From assembly GCA_013416795.1 (NCBI GenBank), contig RQSC01000958.1, forward strand, positions 62,001 through 126,000: 64,000 nt of DNA. The letters run 5' to 3'. Origin of the DNA: Prasinococcaceae sp. CCMP 1430 (taxonomy: Eukaryota; Plantae; Prasinodermophyta). The translations under genes and the position numbers were made by a program. Below, piece after piece: positions 21,280-33,400 of the stretch (its first letter is position 1; every line of letters starts with the position of its first letter). The notes below the pieces were generated by a model. It did not search any database. It was not told the origin of the DNA and was given only the letters and a program-made list of their open reading frames with translations.

Positions 21280-22070
21280 ATGGACGCGATGGCCGCGCAC
21301 CAGGAGGGCGCGTACGAGCGCCTGTGCAAGTGGGTGCAACACGAATGCCGTGAATTGGGCGACGGCGACGCGCCGGAGGTTCCGGAGGAGCTGAAACGCG
21401 CGGCGTCGGTACTGCGCCAGCGCGCGGTGCTCTTCAGGTACTGCGCCGAGGAGGTTGCGAACGCGCGCCACTCGTCGCTGTTCAGGCGGTTCCTGGCTGC
21501 GCTCACGCGGGGCGGCCCTGGCGGCATGCCACGCCCCATCGAGGTGCACGCGCACGACCCACTGCGCTACGTCGGAGACATGTGCGGCTGGCTTCACCAG
21601 GCGCTCGCCGAGGAGTACGAGCTCACCACCGCGCTATTCGGCGACCTCAAGCATCAGAGTACCGACGCTCGTGCGGCCGCTGCCAGCAACGGCCACGGGG
21701 CCGGAGGCGGCGGCGATGATGAAGATGAAGCCGTGAGCACGTCCGAGGTCCTCGACCGCGTCTTCGAGGGTGTGTGCAGGCCGTTCAAGGCGCGAGTGGA
21801 GCAAGTGTTGACGACGGCGCCTGATGTGACGTTGGCCTTCAAGCTCGCCAACCTGCTGGACTTCTACACGCACACTATCAGCGACGTATTGAGCCCGACG
21901 GCTGCCCTCGCACGGGCGTTCCGACAGTGTCACGCCGCCGCGCAACAGGCCTTCCTGCAGCTGCTCAACAGCCGCGGCGCCAAGCTGTTGCGGAACCCAC
22001 CGGCGGTCCCGCGCGACCTAGGGGTGCCCGCGGAAGTTGGCCAGTCCATCGACCAGCTGAGCTCGCTCCC
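21280..22070 (+). CDS. COG6: Conserved oligomeric Golgi complex subunit 6, internal fragment (N- and C-termini absent)
   Basis: HQEGAYERLCKWVQHEC, LFRYCAEEVANARH, ALTRGGPGGMPRPIEVHAHDPLRYVGDM and CRPFKARVEQVL. The frame begins immediately after a single N at 21277. Confidence 0.92.
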
Positions 22071-22316
22071 CCCACACCCCACGCGTGCCGCCGCGCCCCA
22101 CGCCTCAGGCGCGGCGCGCGGCGAGCGCGCAGTGGCACACACACAGGCACACACACGAACACGCGTGCGCGCACACACACACGCGCAAGAAAAACTGCCT
22201 CGCCTCCCCTCCACCCACCCACCCACCGGCACCTGGCGCACACACCCAGCGCCACATCGCCGACAGGGCGCGGCGCCGCCCCACGGAGCAGGCGCAGGCG
22301 GCGCGGGTGGCGTCGT

Positions 22317-22370
22317 TGCGCCCCTGCGCCCCTGCGCCCCTGCGCCCCTGCGCCCCTGCGCCCCTGCGCC
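22317..22370. repeat. Tandem 8-mer (TGCGCCCC) x about 6.7, just upstream of an ATG
   Basis: Directly visible. Confidence 0.95.
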
Positions 22371-22377
22371 GGGTGCG

Positions 22378-22429
22378 ATGGACGACCTCGCCGCGCTGCG
22401 CGCCGAGAAGCACGCGCGCTACGCCGCGC
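22378..22429 (+). CDS. Possible 5' end of Rab geranylgeranyltransferase beta subunit (rest in N gap)
   Basis: MDDLAALRAEKHARYAA resembles the plant RGTB start (L.A.KH.RY), but only 17 codons are visible. Confidence 0.35.
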
Positions 22430-23948
22430 NNNNNNNNNNNNNNNNNNNNNNNNNNNNNNNNNNNNNNNNNNNNNNNNNNNNNNNNNNNNNNNNNNNNNNN
22501 NNNNNNNNNNNNNNNNNNNNNNNNNNNNNNNNNNNNNNNNNNNNNNNNNNNNNNNNNNNNNNNNNNNNNNNNNNNNNNNNNNNNNNNNNNNNNNNNNNNN
22601 NNNNNNNNNNNNNNNNNNNNNNNNNNNNNNNNNNNNNNNNNNNNNNNNNNNNNNNNNNNNNNNNNNNNNNNNNNNNNNNNNNNNNNNNNNNNNNNNNNNN
22701 NNNNNNNNNNNNNNNNNNNNNNNNNNNNNNNNNNNNNNNNNNNNNNNNNNNNNNNNNNNNNNNNNNNNNNNNNNNNNNNNNNNNNNNNNNNNNNNNNNNN
22801 NNNNNNNNNNNNNNNNNNNNNNNNNNNNNNNNNNNNNNNNNNNNNNNNNNNNNNNNNNNNNNNNNNNNNNNNNNNNNNNNNNNNNNNNNNNNNNNNNNNN
22901 NNNNNNNNNNNNNNNNNNNNNNNNNNNNNNNNNNNNNNNNNNNNNNNNNNNNNNNNNNNNNNNNNNNNNNNNNNNNNNNNNNNNNNNNNNNNNNNNNNNN
23001 NNNNNNNNNNNNNNNNNNNNNNNNNNNNNNNNNNNNNNNNNNNNNNNNNNNNNNNNNNNNNNNNNNNNNNNNNNNNNNNNNNNNNNNNNNNNNNNNNNNN
23101 NNNNNNNNNNNNNNNNNNNNNNNNNNNNNNNNNNNNNNNNNNNNNNNNNNNNNNNNNNNNNNNNNNNNNNNNNNNNNNNNNNNNNNNNNNNNNNNNNNNN
23201 NNNNNNNNNNNNNNNNNNNNNNNNNNNNNNNNNNNNNNNNNNNNNNNNNNNNNNNNNNNNNNNNNNNNNNNNNNNNNNNNNNNNNNNNNNNNNNNNNNNN
23301 NNNNNNNNNNNNNNNNNNNNNNNNNNNNNNNNNNNNNNNNNNNNNNNNNNNNNNNNNNNNNNNNNNNNNNNNNNNGTCACGCGCGCGCAGCGCGAGCGAG
23401 CGGGCGAGGGCGACGGAGGGAGCGCGCGCGCGAGAGCGCGAGCGAGACCGGGTCAGCGCGCTCGCCTGCCGCGCTCGGCCGCCCTCCCCCCTGCAGCCAC
23501 GGCGTCCTCGCGCGTCCTCGCGCGTCCTTGCGCGTCCTCGCGCTCGCTCGCTCGCTCGCTCGCTCGCTCGCTCGCGCACGCACCTGTCGCCTCCTCTCCG
23601 ACCGCCTCCGCCCCGCGCCTCCCCCGCGCACATGGCGCCTGCAGCGGGAGGTCGGGGGCCTCTCCCCGTCCCCCTCTTTCCCACCCCTCTTTCCCACCCC
23701 ACCCCACCCCGCCCGCGCCCCGCGCGCGCCGTGTGGCACTCCCCCTCCGCCCTCCCTCCCGCCACCGCGCACCGCACGCACACACGCACAACAAAAGCAA
23801 AGGAGATGCGCGGAAAAAGACCGCCCCGGCAAAAAAAAAAAAAAAGGTTGGGGGGGGCACGCCGTCGGATGTGGATCAATCGGCGGCGTTCGGGGCGCGT
23901 TCGGTCGGAGCGCCACGGCGCGTTGGCCCGCAGCCGAAGCCGGGATTT

Positions 23949-24963
23949 GATGGGTCGGGCGAAACGCCGTTGCTTTCGTTTGTTTGTTGTTGTTGTTGTG
24001 CGTGCGTGCGCCGCTGGCGGGGCGGCAGCGCTCGAGGCCGGCGAGTGCGTGCGTGCGGCGGCCGACGCCGTCGACGCCACCGCGCGCGCCGCGCTGCTCG
24101 AACGAGCAGTCGCGCTCGCCGAAGAGTCCGCTGCTGAGGCAGAGGGTGGCCTGCGCGAGGAACTCGCCGCGGCGAGGGTGGAGCTGGACGGCGCAAGGGA
24201 GGAGGCGGAGACGCTCCGGCGCGCGCTCGACGCGGAGCGCGCGGGGCGCGAGAGCGACTGCGATGCACTGCAGGAGGGTCACGCCGCTAAGCAGCTCGCG
24301 CGCGACGACGCGCTGCGGCTCTCAGAGCGCCACGCGGTCGAGGCCGAGGCGCGCGTGGCCGCGGCCGCCAAGAAGGCCGGCTCGAGGGAGAGGGCGCTGC
24401 AGGATGAGCTCGAGTCGGCGCTGCTCGCCGCCAGGACGGCTGGCGCCGACGGCGCCAAGGCTGCGGAGGCGGCCGCAGAACGCGAGGGCGGGCTGCACGC
24501 GGAGGCGCCCCCCGTCGTTGAGGCTCAGGTCGAAGAGTCCCTGGTCGTGGTGCCCGGACACGAGCCTGCCCCCGAAGGGCACTCCAGCGCCGCCTCGATG
24601 GGTGACGTAGCGCTCGCCCAGTCTGCCGACGGCGACAGCCCGCTCGTGACGCCGCGCGAGTTGGACGAGCTCGCTGCCGCGCTAGCGGACGCCCAGAGCG
24701 GCGGCGCGAGGATGAGCTCGCAGCGGCGACGCACGCTACGGGCAGCCGACTCTGCGCTGGCGCGCGCTCGTGAGGCGGCTGCAGCCGCGGCGGCCTCAGT
24801 CGAGGCGGCAGGTGCGCGGCGCGCCGATCGCGTCAGCGGCGAGCCGCTCGGCCAGCGACTCGCACTCGAGGATGCCGAGTTCGAGCGCGAGGCGCAGGTG
24901 GCTGTGGTCAAGGCGCGCGCGGCCTACGCTTCGGCGCTGCAGGCCGTCGGCAGGTGCCGGTAG
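23949..24963 (+). CDS. Ala/Glu-rich coiled-coil protein (start uncertain, next to a gap)
   Basis: Long open frame with heptad-like repeats (LREELAAARVELDGAREEAETLRRALDAER). Confidence 0.6.
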
Positions 24964-25314
24964 GGCCCTTCGCGAGCGGTCGATGGATGTGCGCGGCGTT
25001 GTTGTAACATGTCTGTGATACATCGCTGGGGCCGACGGCCGGGGCGAGAGTCCGCTGCGATTGGTACGCCGTGGGCGCGCCTGGTCCGTGATGGCATCTC
25101 GCTCAGTTACATGGTCTATGGTATGTGTACAACACAGTACAGGTGCGCGGTCTCTCCTGTCGCAACGCCTCTCGGGCAGCGCAATGCAGTGCGGAGAACC
25201 GCGCATAGTTGGCACGAGGTGCGCGAGGGGCGTGCGCGTAGGGCACGCCGCACGGGTTGCGCGGTCTCGAACGAGCGCGGGCCTCTCGGTCGCGCGTGCG
25301 CATGGTCGACCAAG

Positions 25315-25581
25315 CTAAGCGCGCGCCGTTCGCCGCAGCGACAGCGACTTCGCCACCGACTGGACGCACTCGAGCGCCTCTGACGCGCTGGTCACGCCTG
25401 GTGCGCGCACGCCGTTGAGCGCGTCGAGGCGCATCGCCGCCTCCACCTCCGGCAGCGTCAGCTCGGAGCTGCGCGGCATGGCAGGCGTCGGCGCCTTGGC
25501 CGGCGCACTGGGCGACACCGAAGCCAGCGCATCCGCGAGCTGCTCCGCGAGCGCCATGAGCTCGCTGTCCTGCTCGAGCAT
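25315..25581 (-). CDS. Small hypothetical protein (88 aa, MLEQDSELMALAEQLADALA...)
   Basis: Coding-like codon usage and a helical N-terminus; no recognised family. Confidence 0.4.
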   Translation of the reverse strand: MLEQDSELMALAEQLADALASVSPSAPAKAPTPAMPRSSELTLPEVEAAMRLDALNGVRAPGVTSASEALECVQSVAKSLSLRRTARA

Positions 25582-25999
25582 GTCTGTCGCGCGCGCGTCG
25601 CAGCGCGTGAGCGGAAGCAGCGGCGGCCACGCGAGCGCCGGGGTGCCAGGCGCCAGAAGCGGCGCGAGGAGCGCCGGCGCGGACGCCGCTCGACCCCGCG
25701 CGCGCGTGGCGGCCACGCGTGCCCGCGCGCGCGCCCGCTCGGGGGAACGCGCATTCAAACCGACCTCGGAAATTCGCGGCCGCGCGCGCGCGCGCGCGGC
25801 ATCGCCCCCAATTGCGAGGAAGCTTCGCACGGATCGGAACGCCGAACGCACGAATATCCGTTGGGAATTGACCTCGCCAGTTGACCTACGGAAATTGATT
25901 CGATTCGGCGCGGCGGAGTGACACGTCACGAGTGACTCGTGCTGACTCGGACGCCGGCGCGGCGGCGCCGCATTCCCTCATACCTGATGAGACTGCTGT

Positions 26000-26171
26000 G
26001 AGGGTGTCATCACAAAGCCCAGAAGAGTCTATTCTGATTTTAGGGCATTTTCGCTCGATAATTCGCTCGGCGTCGACCAATTTGAGTGCACTTCGATATG
26101 CCGAATTCACGATTCCAAATTCAAGATTCCATAAATAAAAAAATAAAAAAAAATAGCTTTGTGACACCCTC
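26000..26171. mobile_element. Non-autonomous Mutator-like MITE (172 bp)
   Basis: TIRs GAGGGTGTCA(TCA)CAAAGC (26000-26018) and GCTTTGTGACACCCTC (26156-26171) match 16/16 apart from a 3-nt indel. Flanking direct repeats GAGACTGCTGT (25989-25999) and GAGACTGCAGT (26172-26182). AT-rich non-coding interior. Confidence 0.6.
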
Positions 26172-26969
26172 GAGACTGCAGTGACATTTTACAGCATGGA
26201 TGCGCACGATGGTAGTGCGGCGCGCGCGGACGGATGACGTACCCACGGGAGCGCGATTCTGCGCACTAAACCCTCATCCCATCAAAATCAACGCGATGGT
26301 CGCCGCCGCCGGCCGCGCGACTGGCTGGGAATGGGATTCGTAGGATTGCGGAGCCGCGCTTGCCAGCCAAACCCCACATCCCAACCAACCAAATCCATTC
26401 CCAGTCAATTCTCCGCGGAAGGCGCGTCGTAATCGTCCGGAATTCTCCGGACCGCTTCCGGGTCGCACCGGCAGGCGGCGGGCGCGACGCGCCAAGGGGC
26501 GCCGGGGCGCTCGCCGCCAGCCAGGCAGACATGCCCGAGCGCGAGCTCCATCAATGAGGGCCGCCCCGGGCGGGTGCGTGCCGGATGCGGCGCGGGCCCG
26601 TGACTGATCGAGGACTGAGAAGCGCGTTTTTGTCCGTGCCACGACATGGTGACAGTTGGCGTGCCGCGTTCAAGTTGTGTTGGGCAACCGCCCGCATCGC
26701 CGCATGCGTACCGCGGCCGGAGCGTGCACTGCGGTACGGCGCCGACGCCCCTGCTGCTCTCTCTTGCTACTGTCGCTGGAAGCGGTACTCGGGCGCGGCG
26801 CGGCGCGGCGCGGGCGCGCGGCGCGCGGCAGCGGCGGGGCGCGCTACACGCGCCCCCGACGCCCTTGCGCCCGCACCCGCAGCGAGCGCGCCAGCGTCAA
26901 CACCAGCCAGCAGCAGCCGCTCCTCCCACAGGCGCGGGCCACGCGCCGCGTCCGCACCGCCTGCCAAGC

Positions 26970-27684
26970 ATGTCCCAGCAGCTTGCCCGCACCTTCGGGG
27001 ACATGTCGGTGAGCGGCAGCGCGCCGCGCGAGGGCCCCACGTGGCACAGGCGCGGCAGGCGTGTGCCTCGTAGATGCGGGCGCACGCTGACTGATCATTG
27101 CACCCACGCATTGTAACTCCTGGCTCGCTCCCCGCGGCGGCGGCTGCAGCGCGCCGTGTGGAACCCCTTCGAAGACGTCGACTTCCCCCTGCATCGCCAC
27201 ATGCGCACGAGGATGCACGGGCGCGAGCACATGCTCGGCTCGTACAACTACGGGCGCGCGGACGTGCTCGCCGGCAAGGCCGAGGGCAGCAAGGAGGTTC
27301 GGATCGAGCTCCCTGGGACCAAGAAGGAGGACATCGACGTCGAAAACGACAATGGCATGCTCCGCATCACCGCGCACCGCAAGGATGAGCTCAAGGGTGA
27401 CAACGAACACTCCTACTACGAGGCCTCGTTCGAGCGCGTCTGGTCGGTCCCTGAGGGTACGCCTTCGTCTAGCTAGAAAGCTGCGTAGTCTTGCCCCAAC
27501 AACGCCACGAAGTGCTTGGCTGACGCGGGCCGCGCGCACGTCACGTGTCGCCTCGGTGGCCAACCGAACGACAGGCGTCGACGCTTCTAAGATTGCCTGC
27601 AAGTACGCCGATGGCGTCCTCACGGTGAGCGTGCCCGCGCCAGAGGTTGCCGCGCCCAAGCCCACCAAGCTTTCGATCGCCTGA
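26970..27684 (+). CDS. HSP20: Small heat-shock protein (alpha-crystallin domain); exons 26970-27008, 27150-27456, 27575-27684
   Basis: IELPGTKKEDIDVENDNGMLRITAHR, SFERVWSVPEGVDASKIACKYADGVLTVSVP. Both GT-AG introns keep the frame. Confidence 0.95.
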
Positions 27685-28033
27685 ACGACTGCGGCGCCCG
27701 TGCTGTCGTGCAAATTATGATGCAGTGCGTCGCTGAGCAAGAGCCATCGACATCATGAGTCCTGAAGCGCGAGCGAGAGCCATCGACATCTCAAGTCCTC
27801 AAGCACGCCCGTAGGCAGTTACTGTACGTGACGCCCTCGAGGGGGGCTTTCTGTGCACACAGCGTGAAAAGTAAGCACGCGAGTCAGAAGTTTCCTATTT
27901 CCTGCGCTGTGTGTGCCAAGCCCAGCGCGCGCGCACCCGGAGCCGGCTGGGAGCGACGAGTGCCAACTCCATCCATTACTCGCCGCCACATCTATCTAGC
28001 TAGCTAGAGAGCCACGCCCGCAGCTGGACCGCC

Positions 28034-29560
28034 TCACGCCAGCGCCGGACTGGCCGCGTGCAGAAACTTGCGCTTGGCCTCGCCGCCGCGCGCCACGCAG
28101 AAGAAGCACGGGTGGAGGCCGCCGATGACGTGGCCCTGCAACGCGCAACAACGAGGGGGCAAAACGCGGGCCGGCGGGTCAGCGCGCGCCCGGTGGATGC
28201 AAGGGCGCAATGGCGGTGGCACCTGGCTGACGCGCGCGCCAGCGCCCTCGAGGCCTGCGTGCACGACGCGTCCGCGCGCGCAGACGCGCGCGCGCTCACC
28301 TTCTGCGCGAGGAGGTCCTTGAGAGTGCTCCCCTCCTCAACCCGGACCCACTCGACGAAGTTGCCGTCCGCCTCACGCGGGTCGGGTGCGTCCTCGCCCG
28401 GTACGCCATTGTGAAGAAGCACCTCCGCCAGCTGCTGGCGCGTGAGCCCTTTCGCACCCGCGCGCCTCGCCCAGTAGAGCTCAACACGAGCGCGCGTGTA
28501 CTCGCCCTGCGTGTCCCACTCGAGCGGTGGCGCGCCCTGGCCAAACATCACGTCCAGATGCGGGCCGAAGGTGTCCGTCTCAGGGAATGCCTGGATAATG
28601 TCGCTCGACATACTCTGCGGGTAGAGCAGCGTCACCGGCCACACCATGGAGCCATCGTTTGCGAGCGCGGGCGTGCGGTTGCCTCCGTCGAACTGCGCCG
28701 TGCCCACTGTCAGCCCGCGATCCTTCTGTATGGCATCCGCCAGCGCGAGGCCCGCCGCAAGCCGCGCCTCGGCCTCGCGCTTGGCTGCCTCTTCGGCCTC
28801 CTTGGCGGCGGCGGCCTTCTTGCCAAGCGCCTGCAGCTCCTCGTTGTCGGGCTCGAGTTGGAGGCCCTGAACGCAGAAGCGGTCGGCGGCCGCGAAGTCG
28901 GGGATGTTCAACGCGGCCTTCGCGCCGCGGAACGCCGCCTTGACCGCCTTGGGGTCGTGGCTCAGGGCGAGGTCGGCGTCGTTGATGGCCTTGCGGTAGT
29001 TGCCCAGCAGCGTGTGCACGTGTGCGCGGTTGCCGGCGAGCTGAGAATTGAGCGTGGCGTCATTGCACTTCACATCCAGGCCCGTCGAGTACAGCATTGC
29101 CGCCTCCTTGTAAAACTTTTTGCGCACCTCTGCGAGGGGCCGCGCGCCAGGCGTGTGGGCGCGCAAGAGAGCGACGGGCGCGGCGGTGTCAGGGCACAGC
29201 GCAGAGCGCACGAGCTCGCGCGTCCCACGCACCCTTGTTCTCCTTGGCGAGTTTGAGGACGCGGTTACCGCGGTCCTTGTAGTTGGCCGCACGCTCGACC
29301 GGGTCGGTCTCGTCAGCGATCGACTGCAGGCCGAGGTAGTCGGCGTTGCTCTCCTCGGTGTTTTCCGTAATCTCCTCAAGGAACAGCGCGGGCGTGGAGT
29401 CGAGGCCCGCCTTGTCGTACTCGGCTCGCAATTGCTTGGCCTCGCCCTCACTGCCCCCATCGGCTCCGCCCTCGGCCACCGCCTCGGCCGCCTGGGCGTC
29501 GGCCTTGAGCAGCGACTCAAGCTCGGCCGCGCAGTCTTGCGCCATCTGCTCCATCGACGG
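28034..29560 (-). CDS. TTC4: TTC4/Cns1-type TPR co-chaperone; introns 29130-29232 and 28136-28299 (start approximate)
   Basis: STPALFL..; AANYKDRGN; TPRs (NRAHVHTLLGNYRKAINDA..KAAFRGAKA); MVWPVTLLYP..SDII..F; LEWD..GEY. Confidence 0.92.
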
Positions 29561-30148
29561 CGCTGCGCCCCCCGGCGCCTCGCCCGTCATTGGCTGCCCT
29601 CACACCTCCCAACAACCCCCTTTCCCCCACCCTGCCGACGCGCACGAGCCCTCCGAGGCTCCCCTTGCTACCGCCCAGCGCGCTGGGGTCGGGGGGGAGG
29701 GGAGGAGGCGGCACCCCGGTCGGTGAGAGGGGCGCGTGCGCACGCCTTCCGCGTGCGCGCTGTGGCGCCCGGCACACTGGCAGCCGCCGGGGGGGGGCGG
29801 CGGCCGCGGCACCCCCCTGCCCGCCAATTGATTCGAATTTGAACTCCGCGCAACCTTGTCATTTAACATGTGTTCATATACAATACGCGTCAAAAGTGAT
29901 AATTACAAGGCCTTACCGTTTATTTCACCGGACGTGTGTTTGTCCATCAGGTGATATGGGAAAGCAAGCATTCGACGGGGGACAGCGGAATGCGTCGCCA
30001 GACCGCATTTTGTCGCCGCGCCGCAGCCTCGGCGAACGGGCCGGCCGCCAGGGGGGGAGGGGGGCGGCGTGGTGCACACAGCGCGTGCCCGGCACCGCCG
30101 CGCGCTGGGGCAGCCTGCAGTCCGGGCGCGGCTCCCTCTCGTGTGCGG

Positions 30149-33100
30149 TCACAGGGTCTCCCACAGGTTTGGATCCTCCATTTTCCAATCTCTTCCCCCC
30201 TTCGTGTACTGGAAGCCTGGCGACAGTGTGTGCCCGTTGTGGTACCAAGTGGACGTATCGGGCGCGCCGATGTAGCCGCGCAGGCGGATGACGAACGACG
30301 AGAAAGTCGACGCACGCGTCCCAATGAAGAGCCGCCCCGACGCCATGATCACCTGCTCGATGGGGCCAAGCAGATACGCTGGCACGTGCACGCCCTTCAG
30401 GACGTTCCCACCGCGCGGCCCGTAGAAGTCATTGAATCGGTAGACGCAGTAGCGGTGGCGAAATGGCTGGAAGAAGCCCTGCTCGGTCTCGTCGCTGGCG
30501 ATGTAGATCGTCTCGTTGGGCCGCAGTAGGTGCGCGGTGTTCTCCATCGAGGCTTCGGCGCCGACGAATGCGGTTTTGTACTGTAGGTCGCCGCGGCGGA
30601 TGTGCATCGAGCTGTACTCAAACAAGCCGAGGTACGAGACCACCCGCGAGGCGATCTCGTACACGAGCTCGGGGTAGTGCACGGAGCGCAGCAGGCGGTG
30701 GTACTCGACCGTGCCGGCGTCTGTCTGAAACCAGAACGCCTTGGCAACCTGGCCGAACTGGCGATACCCCTGGCCGTCGTACGAGTCGTTCTGTTTCCTC
30801 GAGGGGAAATACAAAACCTTGTGCGTGTGATTGTCGAGCATGTACTCATCGAGCGGACGCTCGTCGCGATCCCAGAGGGTCGGAGTGTCGGGCGTCGGCA
30901 GCCGTGGCGCATTCTCGGCCTGCTTTGGGTCGGTGGTGCCCTTGTACCAGTCCTCTTTGCACCGCGGTACGCAGATGATGCCTCTGAATGGGGACCAAGG
31001 GGCACGCGTGAGATGGTGGTCGCCCCAGTCGCGAAACTCCTTCCATCTCGGGTCGCCTTTGGGCTGAATGTTCGAGCGCGGACTCAGGGCGTACTACAGG
31101 AGCCCGTACAAGTCCCTGAGTGGGAGGCGTCGCACGAATTCGGTAAAGTTGAGGATGGTCGTGCCGTACTTGGCGAAGGTCTCATTCAGAAAGTCGATGT
31201 CGAAAAACTGCGAGAAGTGCGACACGCCGCCCTCGTGGCCCCCGCCGACCTTCATATTACCGTAGTTGATCAGGTACCAACCGGAGGGGGGAGGCAGCAC
31301 GAGGATGCGTCCGGTAATGACAGCGAAGGACACCACCCACTCGAACGCCATGCGAATGTTGTTGAAGCCGCCCATGTCGTTGTCGAAGAAGACGTACTTG
31401 GGCGTGCTCGCCTCCTCCGAGGACACGCCCAGAGCCTTCTCCATTGCGACCTTGCCAATGGTATCGGGCGGGGGGGTCCAGTCTTCGTCCCAGTACGAGA
31501 GGCAATCCTGCACGGCAGCGGCACGCTCGAGGTCGGGCTTCGCGTCCGGGTCCTCCGCACGGCAGGTGGGCGGCGGGACGTTTCTCTTGGCCATCATGGC
31601 CTTCATCTCCTCCTCTTCCTTGCGCATCTTCTCGAGGGCGTCGGGGTCGTGACAGCCGGTCTCGGCCACGCGCTTGGTCGCAGCCTCGACTTCGGACTTG
31701 TATTTGAAGAAGCACTCGTTCGGTTGCTGGCCTACGGGCGGCGGATCGGGCCCAACCGGGTCCCAGCACGTGGCATCCTGGTCCCATATCCACCCTTTGG
31801 CCCATGGCTCGGTGGCGCTGTATAGACACCAGCTGCCGCAGCCCGTCATCATCTTGGACGCGAAGGCCGTCGCGATCTCGTTGGAGAACTTCGAGCTGCC
31901 ACCGCACTCGTGCGCCACCATGCGGTCGGGATGCCACGATGATCTGCCGCTCGCAGGGCATATCCTCTCGTAGACATCGGCGAAGCTTTCCTTGTCCGGA
32001 AGATAGGCGGCGCGCGTCACCAGGTTGAGGTTCTGTACCATTCGCCATCTGCACAGCGACGGCGGGCAGTGCTCCCGCGCGCCGAACGTGAGGAGCACGT
32101 TCCCTTCGAGGTTGTCGCGGGCTGACGGGCGGGCGTCGGACGCGCACGGTGACCTTCTACGGAGGTGCTCCGAACGCGCGGCTTTCAGGCGCGGTGTGAG
32201 CGAGGGCATGCGGGCCTTGCGCGCGCGCTCGTCCTCGGAGAGCGCCGCGTCGCCTCCGGGAGGATGGAGCGCCCGCTCCATCGCCTCGGGGTAGAGCGAG
32301 CACACCTCGGCCGGGCTCTTCAACTTGATGACGTCCACGCGCCCCCACCCTCTGCTGCTTGGCGGCGGCACCGCGAAGCATCGCTCATAGTTGTCCCGGT
32401 TCTCAATCTCGACGACGTCGCTCCAGCGGTCGAGGAAGCCATGATTGCGGCTGTAGTCGCGCGTGTGGGTGCACGCGTTGATGAGGCGGATCTTCGTGTA
32501 CGGTGGGATGCTGGCCGCGCGTACGTTGCCGTAGGCGCACCATTGCTCGACCCTTTCGTCCCCGATCTCCGCACTCGCACCCTCCCCGCACGCCGGCCCT
32601 TGGCCGTTTGTCTGCACAATGGCTTCCAGATCGGCGCCGTGGAAGAAGGTGTCGCACAGGTCATGCGAGTGGTTCAGGTACATGAAGCGTCGATTGGGAT
32701 AATTTTTGTCGCCGCCGCCGAAGCCTTCAGCGAGGCACTCTTCGTCATTGAAGAGCACCACCACGCTGCTGATGTCGGGGCGCTTCCCGTGGCTCTCGTA
32801 GTGGTGGCTGTGGTGCGGGTGCTGCGCCTGCTGCACATCCTGCTCTTGCATCCTTTCCTGTTGTTCTTCGAAGGCACGTTTGCTGGCCTGCTCCTCCTCT
32901 CGCGACCGCCGGCGCTCCTCTTCGTTCTCTTGCACGCGTGCCTGACTCTCCCTATCCTTTTCTGCGTCCGCCTTGTCTTGCCGCGCCCGCAGCTCCTCCG
33001 CCTGCAGCTCTTCATGCCGCCGCGCGACCTCGGCCGCCACGCGCTCCTCGAACATTCGCTCCGCGCGCTCCTTCTCGGCGAGAACGATTTGCACCTCCTT

Positions 33101-33400
33101 ATCGGTCTCGGTCTTCCTGCGGAACTCCCACTGGTCGATCTGTTTCTGCTGGGCCGTGCGCAGCGCGTCGTCCTTGCGCGGTAGCGGCGCGAGTTGGTCC
33201 TCGGGTCGCACCCCAGTGATGGAGGACTGCGCTTGTAGCAAGGCTTGGTTCTCTGTCGCCCACCGCCCCGCCAGCGCCGCGATCAGGGATTCCTCAACGG
33301 GCGCGGACCCGCCCCCGCCGCCGAGCCCCCCCCACATCCCACTGAGGGCGAGTGCGAGCAGCGCCAGCGCAGCGACGCCTGCCACCGCAAGCGCGCACAT
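30149..33400 (-). CDS. Large type II membrane O-fucosyltransferase-family protein (about 1080 codons) with one in-frame TAG at 31094-31096
   Basis: Signal anchor and coiled-coil stem, then KYVFFDNDMGGFNNIRMAFE..A..TGRILVLPP. In the same frame after the TAG: SMHIRRGDLQY, IYIASDE, IEQVIMASGRLFIGTRASTFSS. Confidence 0.85.

Noticed and set aside
25985-26037. TGATGA...CTGA resembling a box C/D snoRNA, and CTGATGAG resembling a hammerhead core
   Set aside because: Too short, no terminal stem, and no GAAA for a hammerhead. It straddles the MITE boundary, which explains the sequence better.
27735-27810. Imperfect tandem repeat starting GAGCCATCGACATC in the HSP20 3' flank
   Set aside because: Only two copies with no spacer architecture; this is not a CRISPR array or a mobile element.
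26970-29560. HSP20, TTC4 and the upstream Hsp100 as a heat-shock cluster
   Set aside because: No canonical nGAAnnTTCn arrays were found upstream, and the Hsp100 is 15 kb away across gaps; coincidence is likely.
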